A DNA stretch of 64,000 nucleotides from the NCBI GenBank assembly GCA_964016885.1, contig OZ024752.1:28892001-28956000 (forward strand), read 5' to 3'. Within the stretch, counting starts at the first letter, position 1. Each line of letters starts with the position of its first letter. This document shows positions 48,191 to 61,345 of this stretch, piece after piece. Source of the DNA: Eledone cirrhosa (taxonomy: Eukaryota). The position numbers and the translations under genes were made by a program. The notes beneath the pieces are model-generated. The model searched no databases, was not told where the DNA came from, and was given only the letters and a program-made list of their open reading frames with translations.

Positions 48191-49153
48191 ATGGACTGCA
48201 TGCAGGAAAAATGGGAAAAATGTGAAATCAGGAGTCAGCGAAACTGGTCGAAGATTGAACTAGCGGTTTTGATCAAGGGGTGGACTATGGCTGATGGGTC
48301 TCCACCAAGCAAAAAGATGGCGGAGAACCTGAAGAGCCATGGGTTTATGAGGACCCTGGTACAGATAGAGAGAAAGAGAAAAGAAATTGAGAAGGCGTAT
48401 GTCCTCATAGCGCCTCATATGGCGATGCTAAGCCGTGTCCTCAGGGAGGAGAAAACCGAAGGGAGGGATGAGGAGAAGGAGAGGGAAAAGGAAGAGGAAA
48501 AGGAAAGGGAAAAAGAAAAGGAGGAGAGCACAAGCACGGACCTGAAAGAAAATGATATACCCTCCGCTACAGGCAGGGAGGGCAGGCCGGGCAACCAACA
48601 AGCTAAGGGCAAAGGTGAAAAGCGAAATCACCTTCCGAAGGAGAACCAAGCGCAGAGGGACCAGTGGACAACTGTTCAAAGAAAGAACAGAAAGCACCGA
48701 GACACTGGGAGCAAAAAACACCAAGTAATGTGCAAGTTTTTCAAGAACGGGACATGCTGGCATGGAGAGACAGGGATGGGATGCAGATTCGCCCACCCTA
48801 GGTCTCAAACGAACTATGCCCATCATACTCGCGCAACATGCCCCAGCCAAAGCCGAAATAAGCCGCTCCAGAAGTATGCTGATGTCGCGCGTGCTGCACC
48901 AACAAGGAGAAGGCACGCACATGCCGACGAGATACAGATGGCAGCAGCAGATCAGAAAAATTTTTTAGTGATGGCAGAGAAGATTGTGGGACAGCTGACC
49001 TGGCTGCATCGTCTCCAGAGCCAGGGTCATCCACACCAGCACTCGAGACCACCGCAGTTAAGGGACCCAGAGTGGCCGCCGCTGACACCAGACCAGGTGT
49101 CATACCGACAGCCATTACTGGCACCCCAAAAGTCACACCAGTGCTGCTGCTGA
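48191..49153 (+). CDS. LINE ORF1: Myb/SANT-like N-terminus, charged coil, CCCH zinc finger
   Basis: RNWSKIELAVLIKGW..MAENLKSHGFMRTLVQIERKRKEIEKAY; CKFFKNGTCWHGETGMGCRFAHP. Confidence 0.8.
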   Translation: MDCMQEKWEKCEIRSQRNWSKIELAVLIKGWTMADGSPPSKKMAENLKSHGFMRTLVQIERKRKEIEKAYVLIAPHMAMLSRVLREEKTEGRDEEKEREKEEEKEREKEKEESTSTDLKENDIPSATGREGRPGNQQAKGKGEKRNHLPKENQAQRDQWTTVQRKNRKHRDTGSKKHQVMCKFFKNGTCWHGETGMGCRFAHPRSQTNYAHHTRATCPSQSRNKPLQKYADVARAAPTRRRHAHADEIQMAAADQKNFLVMAEKIVGQLTWLHRLQSQGHPHQHSRPPQLRDPEWPPLTPDQVSYRQPLLAPQKSHQCCC

Positions 49154-52129
49154 ATGTCAGGGGCCTGGTGAAACTCAGCAACATGAGTAAAATTTCCTAC
49201 CTGGGAGACTTAGCCATAAGCAATCAAGCACTATGCATGGCACTAACCGAAACGCACCTGACAAGCAGTATAGCAGATGCAGAAATACATATACCGAAAT
49301 ATACTGTATTTCGTTCGGACAGGAAGGAGAGAACTCATGGTGGGGTTGCTCTGTATATCCGTGAAGATGTCACACCAATTGTACTGTTGACACATTCAAA
49401 CTCAGTCTGTGACACACTGATAATACATATGAAGCAACTACAGACGGTAATATGTGTCACATATCGGCCGCCCGATGCCCCCAGTCATGAGGGTAAATTT
49501 GAGGATAGCCTAAGTAGGATAGAAGAGGTCCTTGACAAACTGGACCAGGGTCTCAACATCCTACTGCTGGGAGACTTCAACCTACCAAAGGTCAAATGGC
49601 CTGAGGGCCACCTCCTCCCTGGAATGACGTCAATAGAACAGAGACAGACGGAATCCCTGCTGGCCCTCACACACAGGCTGTTCATGGAGCAAGCAATACT
49701 CCTCCCAACAAGAGGCGAAAATGTCCTGGACCTCTGTTTTACAAACAACGAAGTGCTCATCCACAATGTAAAAGTGACACCAACAATTCTCTCGGATCAT
49801 AACTTGGTAGAGCTAATGATATGTGGTCCAAGAGAACCAACAGAGACAAAACCACCAAGAAGCTCCGGGACGCTATCCAGCCTTAACTTCTACGGGGCTG
49901 ACTGGAAGAAGATTAAGAGTGAAATCCGGAAGCAAACATGGAGTGCAAACATCGCCACACAAGACACTAACACACAATTTCAACACTTCATGACAACGAT
50001 ACACACCATATGCAAAAAGTGTGTCCCGGAGAAAGAGGCAAACAGACACAAAAATCTTATTCCCAGAGATAGGAAAATCCTTATGAGACGTAGAACTAAA
50101 CTCTCAAACCAGTTGAATAGTCAACAAAACCAAAACAAGAAGGAATCCTATTTGAAACGTGCACTACTTGACACCGAGATTGCACTCAAGCTTTCACATG
50201 AGAATGAGAGGGCAAGGAAAGAGAACAGGGCCATAGAAAACATTAAAACAAACCCTAAGGCCTTCTTTAAATTTGCAAAAGAAACTGCCTCAGTACACTG
50301 CAAGATTGGACCACTCTTCCACACGGACGGTTCATTAACCGAAAATCCCCAAGAGATATGTGAAATACTGAACGAACAGTACAAAAGTGTCTTCACATGT
50401 CCACTGAGGCACATGCAAATAACGAAGCCAGAGGAGTTCTTTGATGCCACAACACTACATCAAGAAATGGCAACCATCAACCACATAGACATAACGGAGG
50501 AGGATGTGGTGTACGCCATTGATGAAATTAGAACAGACTCGGCTGCTGGACCTGATGGATTCCCAGCAGTTCTCCTAAAAAAAAAAAAAAAAAAAAATAT
50601 GTAAGCGGGCCTTAGCAACTCCACTGAAGATGCTCTTCAGAAGCTCCTTGGCTAGCGGTGTACTACCCAGGGAGCTGAAAGAAGGCACAATATGCCCTAT
50701 CCATAAAGGAGGTAGTAGAGCGGAGGCCAAGAACTATAGGCCAGTCTCCCTGACGTCGCATATCAGTAAGGTCATGGAGCGAGTCATCAGAAAGAAACTA
50801 ATCACTTTCCTCGAAGAAAATGACCGCCTGACTAGCACGCAACATGGCTTCCGCCCAGGAAGAAGCTGCCTTACACAGCTGCTACATCACTACGACTGGG
50901 TACTGAGACAGCTACTAGACAGCTCACATGTAGACGTGATATATCTTGACTTTGCGAAGGCCTTTGACAAGGTCGACCACGGAATGATATGTCACAAACT
51001 ACACGGACTTGGCATAGCTGGAAAAGTAGGTGAGTGGCTGCATGGCTTCCTGAGGGACAGAAGCCAGGCAGTCGCAGCAAATGGGGCCCTCTCGAGGGAA
51101 ACACCGATAACAAGTGGGGTGCCTCAGGGGACAGTCCTGGGACCACTACTGTTTTTGGTGGCTCTCTCGGACATGCCCTCTGTGGTGCATGCAACAACAT
51201 CCCTCACTAGCTATGCTGATGACACTAAGGTAGCACAGGCAATCAAAAACCCGGCTGACGCTGCCCTCTTACAGCAGGATCTGGATGCCATATACAGATG
51301 GGCGGAAGAAAACAACATGCAGTTTAATGCTGGCAAATTTCAAGCCCTACAATACAAACCTGCAAACACAAACACAAATATAGCGGAACACAGCTACACA
51401 GGACCAGGAGGGACCGATATCCCCGTGTCAAAATCGATACGAGACCTGGGCATAGACATGAGCGATGATGCATCTTTTTCTTCACACATCATGAAGGTGG
51501 CGACAGCATGTAGACGATTCGCTGGCTGGATCTTGAGGACTTTCCTTACAAGAGATCGAGACACCATGTTGACACTGTGGAGGACTTTTGTCCTAAGCCG
51601 CCTGGACTACTGCTCCCAGCTGTGGTCACCCCATAGTGTCAAACTAACCACAGAGCTTGAGGCAATCCAGCGAAGCTACACCAAGAGGATTGCCAAGATG
51701 AGGGAGACAAGCTACTGGGAGAGGCTGAAGGAACTGAACCTCTACTCCTTGGAGCGAAGACGGGAGAGATACGCAGTGATCTACATGTGGAAAATCCTGG
51801 AGGGACTAGCACCAAACTTTGGCATTGGGAGCTGGACCAACCGTCGAACAGGACGTCACTGTGTGGTGCCAAAGGTCCCGTCTTCCACATCTAGAATAAG
51901 GAGCAGGTATTGCAATAGCCTGGGATTCAAGGGCCCTCAACTCTTCAACAGGCTGCCGAGGCATCTGCGAGACTTGCATGACGTGGAGGTGGATGTCTTT
52001 AAGAAACATCTCGACACCTTGTTATCCAGGATCCCGGATGAGCCCACAGCAAGACACGAGGGAAACCTAAGGGCAGCAGCAACAAACTCCCTCCTACACC
52101 AGTGGCCAACCTATACAGGCTGGAGATAA
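49072..52129 (+). CDS. LINE ORF2: AP endonuclease + reverse transcriptase, interrupted at a poly-A run (~50577-50598)
   Basis: LNVRGL, LTETHL, GDFN, LDLCF, SDH (APE); [37 protein letters not shown] (RT). Confidence 0.92.
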
Positions 52130-52232
52130 AATGTGTAGCAACAAGGGCGGTGCCCCAGCATGGCCTCAGCCGGATGGCTGAAACAGGTAAAAGAGTAAAA
52201 GAGTATATGTATAAATATATATTTATATATAT

Positions 52233-52282
<50 letters not shown>

Positions 52283-52291
52283 AATATATAT

Positions 52292-52329
<38 letters not shown>

Positions 52330-52333
52330 TAAA

Positions 52334-52366
<33 letters not shown>

Positions 52367-52368
52367 AA

Positions 52369-52464
<96 letters not shown>

Positions 52465-52589
52465 ATAAATATATATTATATATATAAATATATATTATAT
52501 ATATAAATATATATTATATATATTATATATATTATAAAGAATCGCTGCTTTCACCCTTAACGGGATCTTCTGAAACTAACTATTTATTT

Positions 52590-52731
<142 letters not shown>

Positions 52732-52955
52732 TTTATACATATATATATATATATATGTATAAATATATAGTTAGTTTCAGAAGATCCCGTTCAGGGTGAA
52801 AGCAGCGATTCTTTGCTTAAACTTTAATCTGTTATTTTAATAAATATATATATATATACGTATATATGTATATATATATATATTTACATATATATATATA
52901 CGTATATATGTATATATATATATATTCACATATATATATATATTTATATATACGT

Positions 52956-53023
<68 letters not shown>

Positions 53024-53024
53024 C

Positions 53025-53059
<35 letters not shown>

Positions 53060-53088
53060 CGTATATATGTATATATATATATATTTAC

Positions 53089-53127
<39 letters not shown>

Positions 53128-53222
53128 CGTATATATGTATATATATATATATTTACATATATATATATACGTATATATGTATATATATATATTCACATAT
53201 ATATATATATTTATATATACGT

Positions 53223-53321
<99 letters not shown>

Positions 53322-53563
53322 GTATATATGTATATATATATATATTTACATATATATAAATATATATATATATATACGTATATATGTATATATATAAATT
53401 TACATATATATAAATATATATATATATATATACGTATATATGTATATATATATATTTACATATATATATATATAAATATATATATATACGTATATATGTA
53501 TGTATATATATTTACATATATATATATAAATATATATATATATATGTATGTATATATATTTAC

Positions 53564-53611
<48 letters not shown>

Positions 53612-53735
53612 TTACATATATATATATATATAAATATATATATATACATATATACGTATATATGTATATATATTTACATATATATATATAAATATATATA
53701 TATACATATATACGTATATATGTATATATATTTAC

Positions 53736-53829
<94 letters not shown>

Positions 53830-53856
53830 GTATATACACATACAAATATATAAATA

Positions 53857-53906
<50 letters not shown>

Positions 53907-55060
53907 GTACATATGAACCAGTGTATGTTTGTGCACAAATACGTATATTCGCATATTCACATAAAATATACATTAGTTTTGATGCGCTATACAGGTCAAG
54001 AAAGTTCAGTTTCAAAGTAAAACATTAAGCAATATAATCTATGCTTAATCTGTAAATAATAAGACAATTGTCTCGGCTAAACATCTAAAACATTGACTAA
54101 CCGGAGATCCCAGAGATAATTATGGCGCACTACTAATAACTTAGAATGTACTTTGCACTAGCTAAACATTGATTCAACTATCAAAGCCAGACAGTATGGA
54201 GATAGAGGTTCAATACACGATTTTGTTAAAATTATATCTAAAGATATCATTCTCAATGTCACTGCTGTTGTTTTCTATGTTATTACACACCAGTTGGTGG
54301 TAGAAAATTGGACATAAAATGATTAGTTGAATTATTAAGTATGTTTTAAGGCGACGGATTGGCAATGTCGGTTAGTATACTTTGCGGTATTTGTTGAGGC
54401 TCTCTGCTCACTCAGTTCTAATCCCGTCGAGGTCAACTTTGCCTTTCATTCTATCCAGGTCGATAAAAAAAAGTGCCCGTTTAGTACTGGGGTCTGCTTT
54501 TCATCTATACCTTTTTTCTCACTTCCATTATCTCACTCTCTATTCTTCACTGGGAGGAATCTACTGCATTCACACCTGGAAAGGATTAAGCTCCTCAAGG
54601 TTTAAAATTGTAAATGCCCAAGAAGCACTGTATGTCAATACGGCGCCCCTACGACTCCCTTATGAGTTACGGTAACAAAAAAAGTATGTTTTGTTTTTAA
54701 CTTGTGAATGCTGCGTAGCCGAGTGCTTAAGGAAATTCGCTTCACAATAATTAGGTCTCAGATTCGATCCCACTGCAAGGTAGCTTGGGAAAGTATCATT
54801 TACTATAGCCTCGGGTCGACACATGACTTCTTAGTGAAATGGATCGATAGAAACTGTTCGGAAGCCCGTTAGATAAATGAACTGTATTTGTAATTCAAAT
54901 ATATATATTAGGGTCATACAGGGGTCGGCCGTTGGAGAAACAACACCACACGTACAGCTAGTCCTCTGTATGATGAAAAGAAAATCATCTTCGGGGAAAT
55001 TATTGGATTTTTCCAAATGTAAAGTTTCTTAGGAACTTTCAATGTTTATTTTAGGTTTTG

Positions 55061-55118
55061 CCGTCTGAAGAGCTCAGGCTATCTTAACTGATAGTCCTCA
55101 GTGAAATATGTATAACGG
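55061..55118 (+). ncRNA. Type I hammerhead motif
   Basis: CCGT-CTGAAGA-GCTCAGGCTATC(TTAACT)GATAGTCCTCAGT-GAAA-TATGTA-TA-ACGG. Confidence 0.75.
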
Positions 55119-55295
55119 AGTTTTAAATAAACCTGAATCAACTGAATATGGCCTCCCGATCTTTTATTGATATATAATGCTCCATCTTGTACCATTTATA
55201 CAGGTCGTTGAGAGCTTCTTTTTATCTGCTTCACAGCCGACAGACCATAATGTGGTCCGCACATCCCTATTCGGTTAACCCACCCCATACTCTAA

Positions 55296-55371
<76 letters not shown>

Positions 55372-55555
55372 AAAAGAGTCAGGGCCCCGACGGCTGAGCT
55401 CCGACCGTTTCGACAGCTAGATCCGAACTAAGCCACCAGTCTGGCTTAGTTCGGATCCAGCTGTTACCCACTTACCCACTCTACCACCCTAAATATTGAG
55501 TACTCTGGTGCGTTATGGTCCACCTGGTATCTTACCACACCCTCTTTATCATTAT

Positions 55556-55650
<95 letters not shown>

Positions 55651-55651
<1 letters not shown>

Positions 55652-58056
55652 TCCGCAAAGACCACAAGACAATCGACGACCCGACAACAGGACCACCAAC
55701 AAGACCCGTATGCGGAGCTAATATAGCTAGTAACTACAGGATCTCCTACTTCCTCTCAATGGTTATACGCCCCATAATCAAGATGTCCCCGGATGTATGT
55801 GACAGTACAGAGGACCTCCTCAGCAGAATCAGTGAGTGCAACAAAAACAGGAACCTATCCAATTGCATAATAGGCAGCATGGATGTGGTGTCACTGTACC
55901 CATCCATAAACATTGATTTTGCTGTGAAAAAATGTGTGGAGATGATCATTGAGATTGAGGTGGAGTTCTGCGACGTCGACACAGCCGAACTGGGCCTCCT
56001 ACTTAGACTTACCTACGACACTGACTACCTAGACAGCCATGACCTTAGACGTTTCTGCCCTAGTAGACCCATAAGAGGTAGACCCCCCACCATAACCTCA
56101 ATGGCAAAAAAGTCTCCCATGGGAAGGTGGATTGGGTGGACCAAAGCTATACAGACCCCCCAAAACAATGATCAGGTAAGAAAAATGGTCGCACATGCAA
56201 TTGGGGCTAGTATCAAAACTACCCTCAAGGGCCACATATTTAAGTTCAACGAGAAGATCTACACCCAAAATGAAGGAGCAGCCATTGGCGTCAGCATAGC
56301 TGGTGATGTTGCCAACCTTTTCATGGTATGATGGGAAATGAGACTTAAAGATCTCCTTAATGAGAGCTCCATAGACCTCATCATGTACTCTCGTTATGTA
56401 GACGATATCAATATAGTTATAAGAACATCCCCACTAGAGAGCACTAACAAGTTTGATTTAGAACGTAGCACAATGGAAAGCATCCAGCAGATAGCTAATT
56501 CCATACACCAGAGTATAACTGTAACTATCGACTTCCCTTCCAAACACCCTAACAATATACTACCTGTATTAGACACAGGACTCTGGATTAACACTATAGA
56601 CGAGAGAGCCCAAATTCTCCACTCACACTATGCTAAACCCATGGCCTCCAAATACCTGATACTCAAAAACTCAGCAATGTCCAGTAGTGCTAAGTTTAAT
56701 ATTCTGATCGCAGATTTGGTACGAGTGATGAAGAATGTGTCCCGCATGTGCGACCCAACAGAAATGGAAAGACACATCCAACACTTCATCAACCGCATGC
56801 AGTTCTCTGGCTACAACCAAAGAGACAGAGTCAGAGTATACGAAGGAGCCATGGAGGAGTATAAGACCCTCATAGAACTGGACATGAAAGGAATTTGCCC
56901 ATTATACAGGAGCAAATCATGGAATAGCTTAGATAGGGCTAGACATAAGATAGGGAAAGCCACCTCATGGTACGACAACCAGAAATACCAGAGTGTCATG
57001 TTTGTGGACGCTACCCCTGGAGGGAAATTAGCTAACCAGTGTAGAAAGGCCCTGAGAAAGACCCACTTAAAAATTAAGGTGGTAGAAAAGCCAGGAACCA
57101 CCATAAAATCCCTGATCAGCAAAACCTACCCTTTTAAGAAAACCCACTGTACCAATAGGAAATGTATCATATGTAAGATAAACCCCCGGATAAACTGTAA
57201 AACTAGAAACGTAGTCTATAGCATAAGGTGTACAGAGGGTACCTGCAGAAACATGACAACAACATACATAGGTGAGACAGCTCGTAGCATAGGTGAAAGG
57301 ATAGACCAACACTGGGGGGAACTAAAAGGACGAAAAAACGGGTCAGTACTATACGAACATGCCAGACAACAACATGACGGTAACATAGACAACATAGAAA
57401 TTAGAATAATATCTAAACATAGAAATGACCCAGCAGATAGGCAAATCAGAGAGGCCAGTGAAATAGAACTTAGAAGACCAAGACTAAACAGAAAGAATGA
57501 ATGGAATAACAACAACACCCAAACAAACAACACTGACCTAAGAGAAGTATAAATAAGTAAATTAAATAAATTAAATAAATAAATAAATAAATAAATACAT
57601 ACACAAGCACAATAACAACAAACACATAAACACACATTAGTCACCCAATCACGAACACACATCACACATCAAACAAAACACTATACACACACGCAAACGC
57701 ATGCGCAAAGAAGACAAAATAAAATAAACAAACAAGCAAATAAATAAATAAATATATAGACAGACTGAATAAAAATGGCGTAGCCATACAATTCAACAGG
57801 AGGAAACAATAGCACCACTGACGATGTTGCAGATGTGCAACGAAAGATTTATGATAAACTATATATATGTGTTTGTGTCTATATTGTATCTGTATTATTT
57901 TTGACCGTCGGTCAGTCAATGGCAACATTGAGGACCGAGTATATTAGATTACCGATATAAAAGACACAGAAGCGAAAAGCGAAAACCAACCAAACAGTGA
58001 GTGTGTTCTGTTATTAATTCTGGCAATATTACACAAATATGACCCTCCCCAAGTAT

Positions 58057-58062
<6 letters not shown>
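55651..58062 (+). mobile_element. Second Naiad-like PLE subfamily, 5'-truncated; ORF 55651-57552 with one in-frame TGA (56329-56331); hammerhead 57814-57855
   Basis: RKDHK..RPVCGA, GSMDVVSLYP, YSRYVDD, CTNRKCIIC, NVVYSIRC..YIGETAR. CTGACGA-T-GTTGCA(GATG)TGCAAC-GAAA. Shares the ATGACCCTCCC..AAGT.TAACAATAT terminus with the first element. Confidence 0.92.
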
Positions 58063-58099
<37 letters not shown>

Positions 58100-58102
<3 letters not shown>

Positions 58103-58492
58103 GTAGTTCCACAACAGTTAGTTCACCATACCGAGAACAAATGTTTCGCCTTATGCAGATCTTCAACTCGGTCTGAGGACGGAAAAGGAAAAACAACCAT
58201 ATGAATGTGCATGTGCAGAAACGGTCACTTCTCCTGGGCGATGTAATCCCACGGCCGAATGGTGTAAGGGAGATAACTGTCGATGTCCGGAATAAATTAT
58301 TCGAGTTGATCAGAAAGTTAGATTGTTGATGTTATTCAATCTGGAGCTTTGTAATTATGCAAAAGGTGTTTCCAGACGTGTGGACAACCTGAAAAAAAGC
58401 TCATTCCTTGAATTTAGGCAATCGTTATTGCGTAATCTTCGCAGGATATTTATCCTTTCTTCAATACACAGTCCACAAGACGGATTTCCCCT
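58100..58492 (-). mobile_element. 3' end of another PLE family with hammerhead-like motif 58131-58171
   Basis: CGLCIEERINIL..CLNSRNELF; CCGAG-TTGAAGA-stemII-GAAA-CATTTG-TT-CTCGG. Confidence 0.7.
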
Positions 58493-58962
58493 ATATATAT
58501 ATATATATATATATCCAATAGTAAGGACCACTATAAAGACACCAGCTCTAACTCTATAGTTGTGAAAGCCCGCAATCATCCATCCATGCAACCACAACCT
58601 TCACTTACATCTACTTTAGCCAACCGCGACCAAAAGAGAAACATCGCTGCTCACAATTGATATCGCTATCACGGTTTACAATTCCGCCATAACCACTGTC
58701 ACCATCACAACATATTCACGGTGAATTTACGTGGAACAATGACTTGTACCTGCAATTCAAAGGCTCAGTCTTGTTACAGTCTATGTTATGCTGGCTCTCA
58801 TTGGGAATAACGTTAATGGTAGATGAGTTTGTGGAATGCTCAGCCACTTACACGTTAATTTCACGAGCAACTGTTCTGTTCTTCGAGCAACTGGCACACT
58901 CATCGCCGAAACAAACGGAGGTCCAACACGCACACATACACTCACATATATATATATATATA

Positions 58963-59061
<99 letters not shown>

Positions 59062-59474
59062 TTTAATATGGAAATGGCTTCTACAGGACTAGAACTGTTT
59101 CATTTGAAAGAAATCATCAGTAGAAGCCATTTCTATATTAAATCTTGTATATACTCTACTATGTATTGAGTACCTTACTTACTGTGGTTACCCCCGATTG
59201 AACCCGGGTCTCACACACACACACACACATGCACACACACAAACACACACACACACACATGGCCAGTAATTACCCTACTGTATTACTGGTACCTTATTTT
59301 ATCGACCCCGTAAGGATGAAAGGCAAAGTTAACCTCAGCGGGATTTGAACTCAGATCATAAAGGGCCGTAACTCTAAGCTGCAAAGCATGGCGTCCGACC
59401 CTCTACCGATTCTGCCAATCCACCGCCTTCTCAATAATTTATATTTCCATCACTGCTCACAATTTGACATTTAC

Positions 59475-61345
59475 GTCTACTACATCCTCCCACCACCACC
59501 TCTACTACATCCTCCCACCACCACTACCGCTACCACCTCTACTACATCCTCCCACCACCACTACCACTACCACCTCTACTACATCCTCCCACCACCACTA
59601 CCGCTACCACCTCTACTACATCCTCCCACCACCACTACCGCTACCACCTCTACTACATCCTCCCACTACCGCTACCACCTCTACTACATCCTCCCACCAC
59701 CACTACCACTACCACCTCTACTACATCCTCCCACCACCACTACCACTACCACCTCTACTACATCCTCCCACCACCACTACCACTACCACATCTACTACAT
59801 CCTCCCACCACCACTACCGCTACCACCTCTACTACATCCTCCCACCACCACTACCGCTACCACCTCTACTACATCCTCCCACCACCACTACCGCTACCAC
59901 CTCTACTACATCCTCCCACCACCACTACCACTACCACCTCTACTACATCCTCCCACCACCACTACCGCTACCACCTCTACTACATCCTCCCACCACCACT
60001 ACCACTACCACCTCTACTACATCCTCCCACCACCACTACCGCTACCACCTCTACTACATCCTCCCACCACCACTACCACTACCACCTCTACTACATCCTC
60101 CCACCACCACTACCACTACCACCTCTACTACATCCTCCCACCACCACCTCTACTACATCCTCCCACCACCACTACCGCTACCACCTCTACTACATCCTCC
60201 CACCACCACTACCACTACCACATCTACTACATCCTCCCACCACCACTACCACTACCACCTCTACTACATCCTCCCACCACCACTACCACTACCACATCTA
60301 CTACATCCTCCCACCACCACTACCACTACCACCTCTACTACATCCTCCCACCACCACTACCACTACCACATCTACTACATCCTCACACCACCACTACCAC
60401 TACCACCTCTACTACATCCTCCCACCACCACTACCACTACCACCTCTACTACATCCTCCCACCACCACTACCACTACCACATCTACTACATCCTCACACC
60501 ACCACTACCACTACCACCTCTACTACATCCTCCCACCACCACTACCACTACCACCTCTACTACATCCTCCCACCACCACTACCACTACCACATCTACTAC
60601 ATCCTCCCACCACCACTACCACTACCACCTCTACTACATCCTCCCACCACCACTACCACTACCACATCTACTACATCCTCACACCACCACTACCACTACC
60701 ACCTCTACTACATCCTCCCACCACCACTACCACTACCACCTCTACTACATCCTCCCACCACCACTACCACTACCACCTCTACTACATCCTCCCACCACCA
60801 CTACCACTACCACATCTACTACATCCTCCCACCACCACTACCACTACCACCTCTACTACATCCTCCCACCACCACTACCACTACCACCTCTACTACATCC
60901 TCCCACCACCACTACCACTACCACATCTACTACATCCTCACACCACCACTACCACTACCACCTCTACTACATCCTCCCACCACCACTACCACTACCACCT
61001 CTACTACATCCTCCCACCACCACTACCACTACCACATCTACTACATCCTCACACCACCACTACCACTACCACCTCTACTACATCCTCCCACCACCACTAC
61101 CACTACCACCTCTACTACATCCTCCCACCACCACTACCACTACCACCTCTACTACATCCTCCCACCACCACTACCACTACCACCTCTACTACATCCTCCC
61201 ACCACCACTACCACTACCACATCTACTACATCCTCCCACCACCACTACTGCTACCACCTCTACTACATCCTCCCACCACCACCTCTACTACATCCTCCCA
61301 CCACCACTACCGCTACCACATCTACTACATCCTCACACCACCACA
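59475..61345. repeat. 37-bp C-rich minisatellite, about 50 copies (CCTCTACTACATCCTCCCACCACCACTACCACTACCA)
   Basis: Direct inspection. The 37-aa periodicity of the spurious ORFs equals 3x37 nt. Confidence 0.95.

Larger units (their letters stand above)
47910..52204 (+). mobile_element. Near full-length LINE (CR1/L2-group, APE-type) inserted in (TA)n
   Basis: Pyrimidine-rich 5' UTR, ORF1, APE + RT ORF2, 3' stem-loop CAGCC-GGAT-GGCTG and (GTAAAAGA)n tail. Confidence 0.92.

Noticed and set aside
54710-54860. tRNA-like A/B boxes (also ~62555-62700)
   Set aside because: No complete cloverleaf; degenerate SINE heads.
56329-56331. In-frame TGA in the Naiad-like RT as possible selenocysteine (some Naiads encode selenoproteins)
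   Set aside because: The paralog has TGG (MVWW) here, the position is not a Cys, and no SECIS was evident. A nonsense mutation is simpler; a SECISearch run would settle it.
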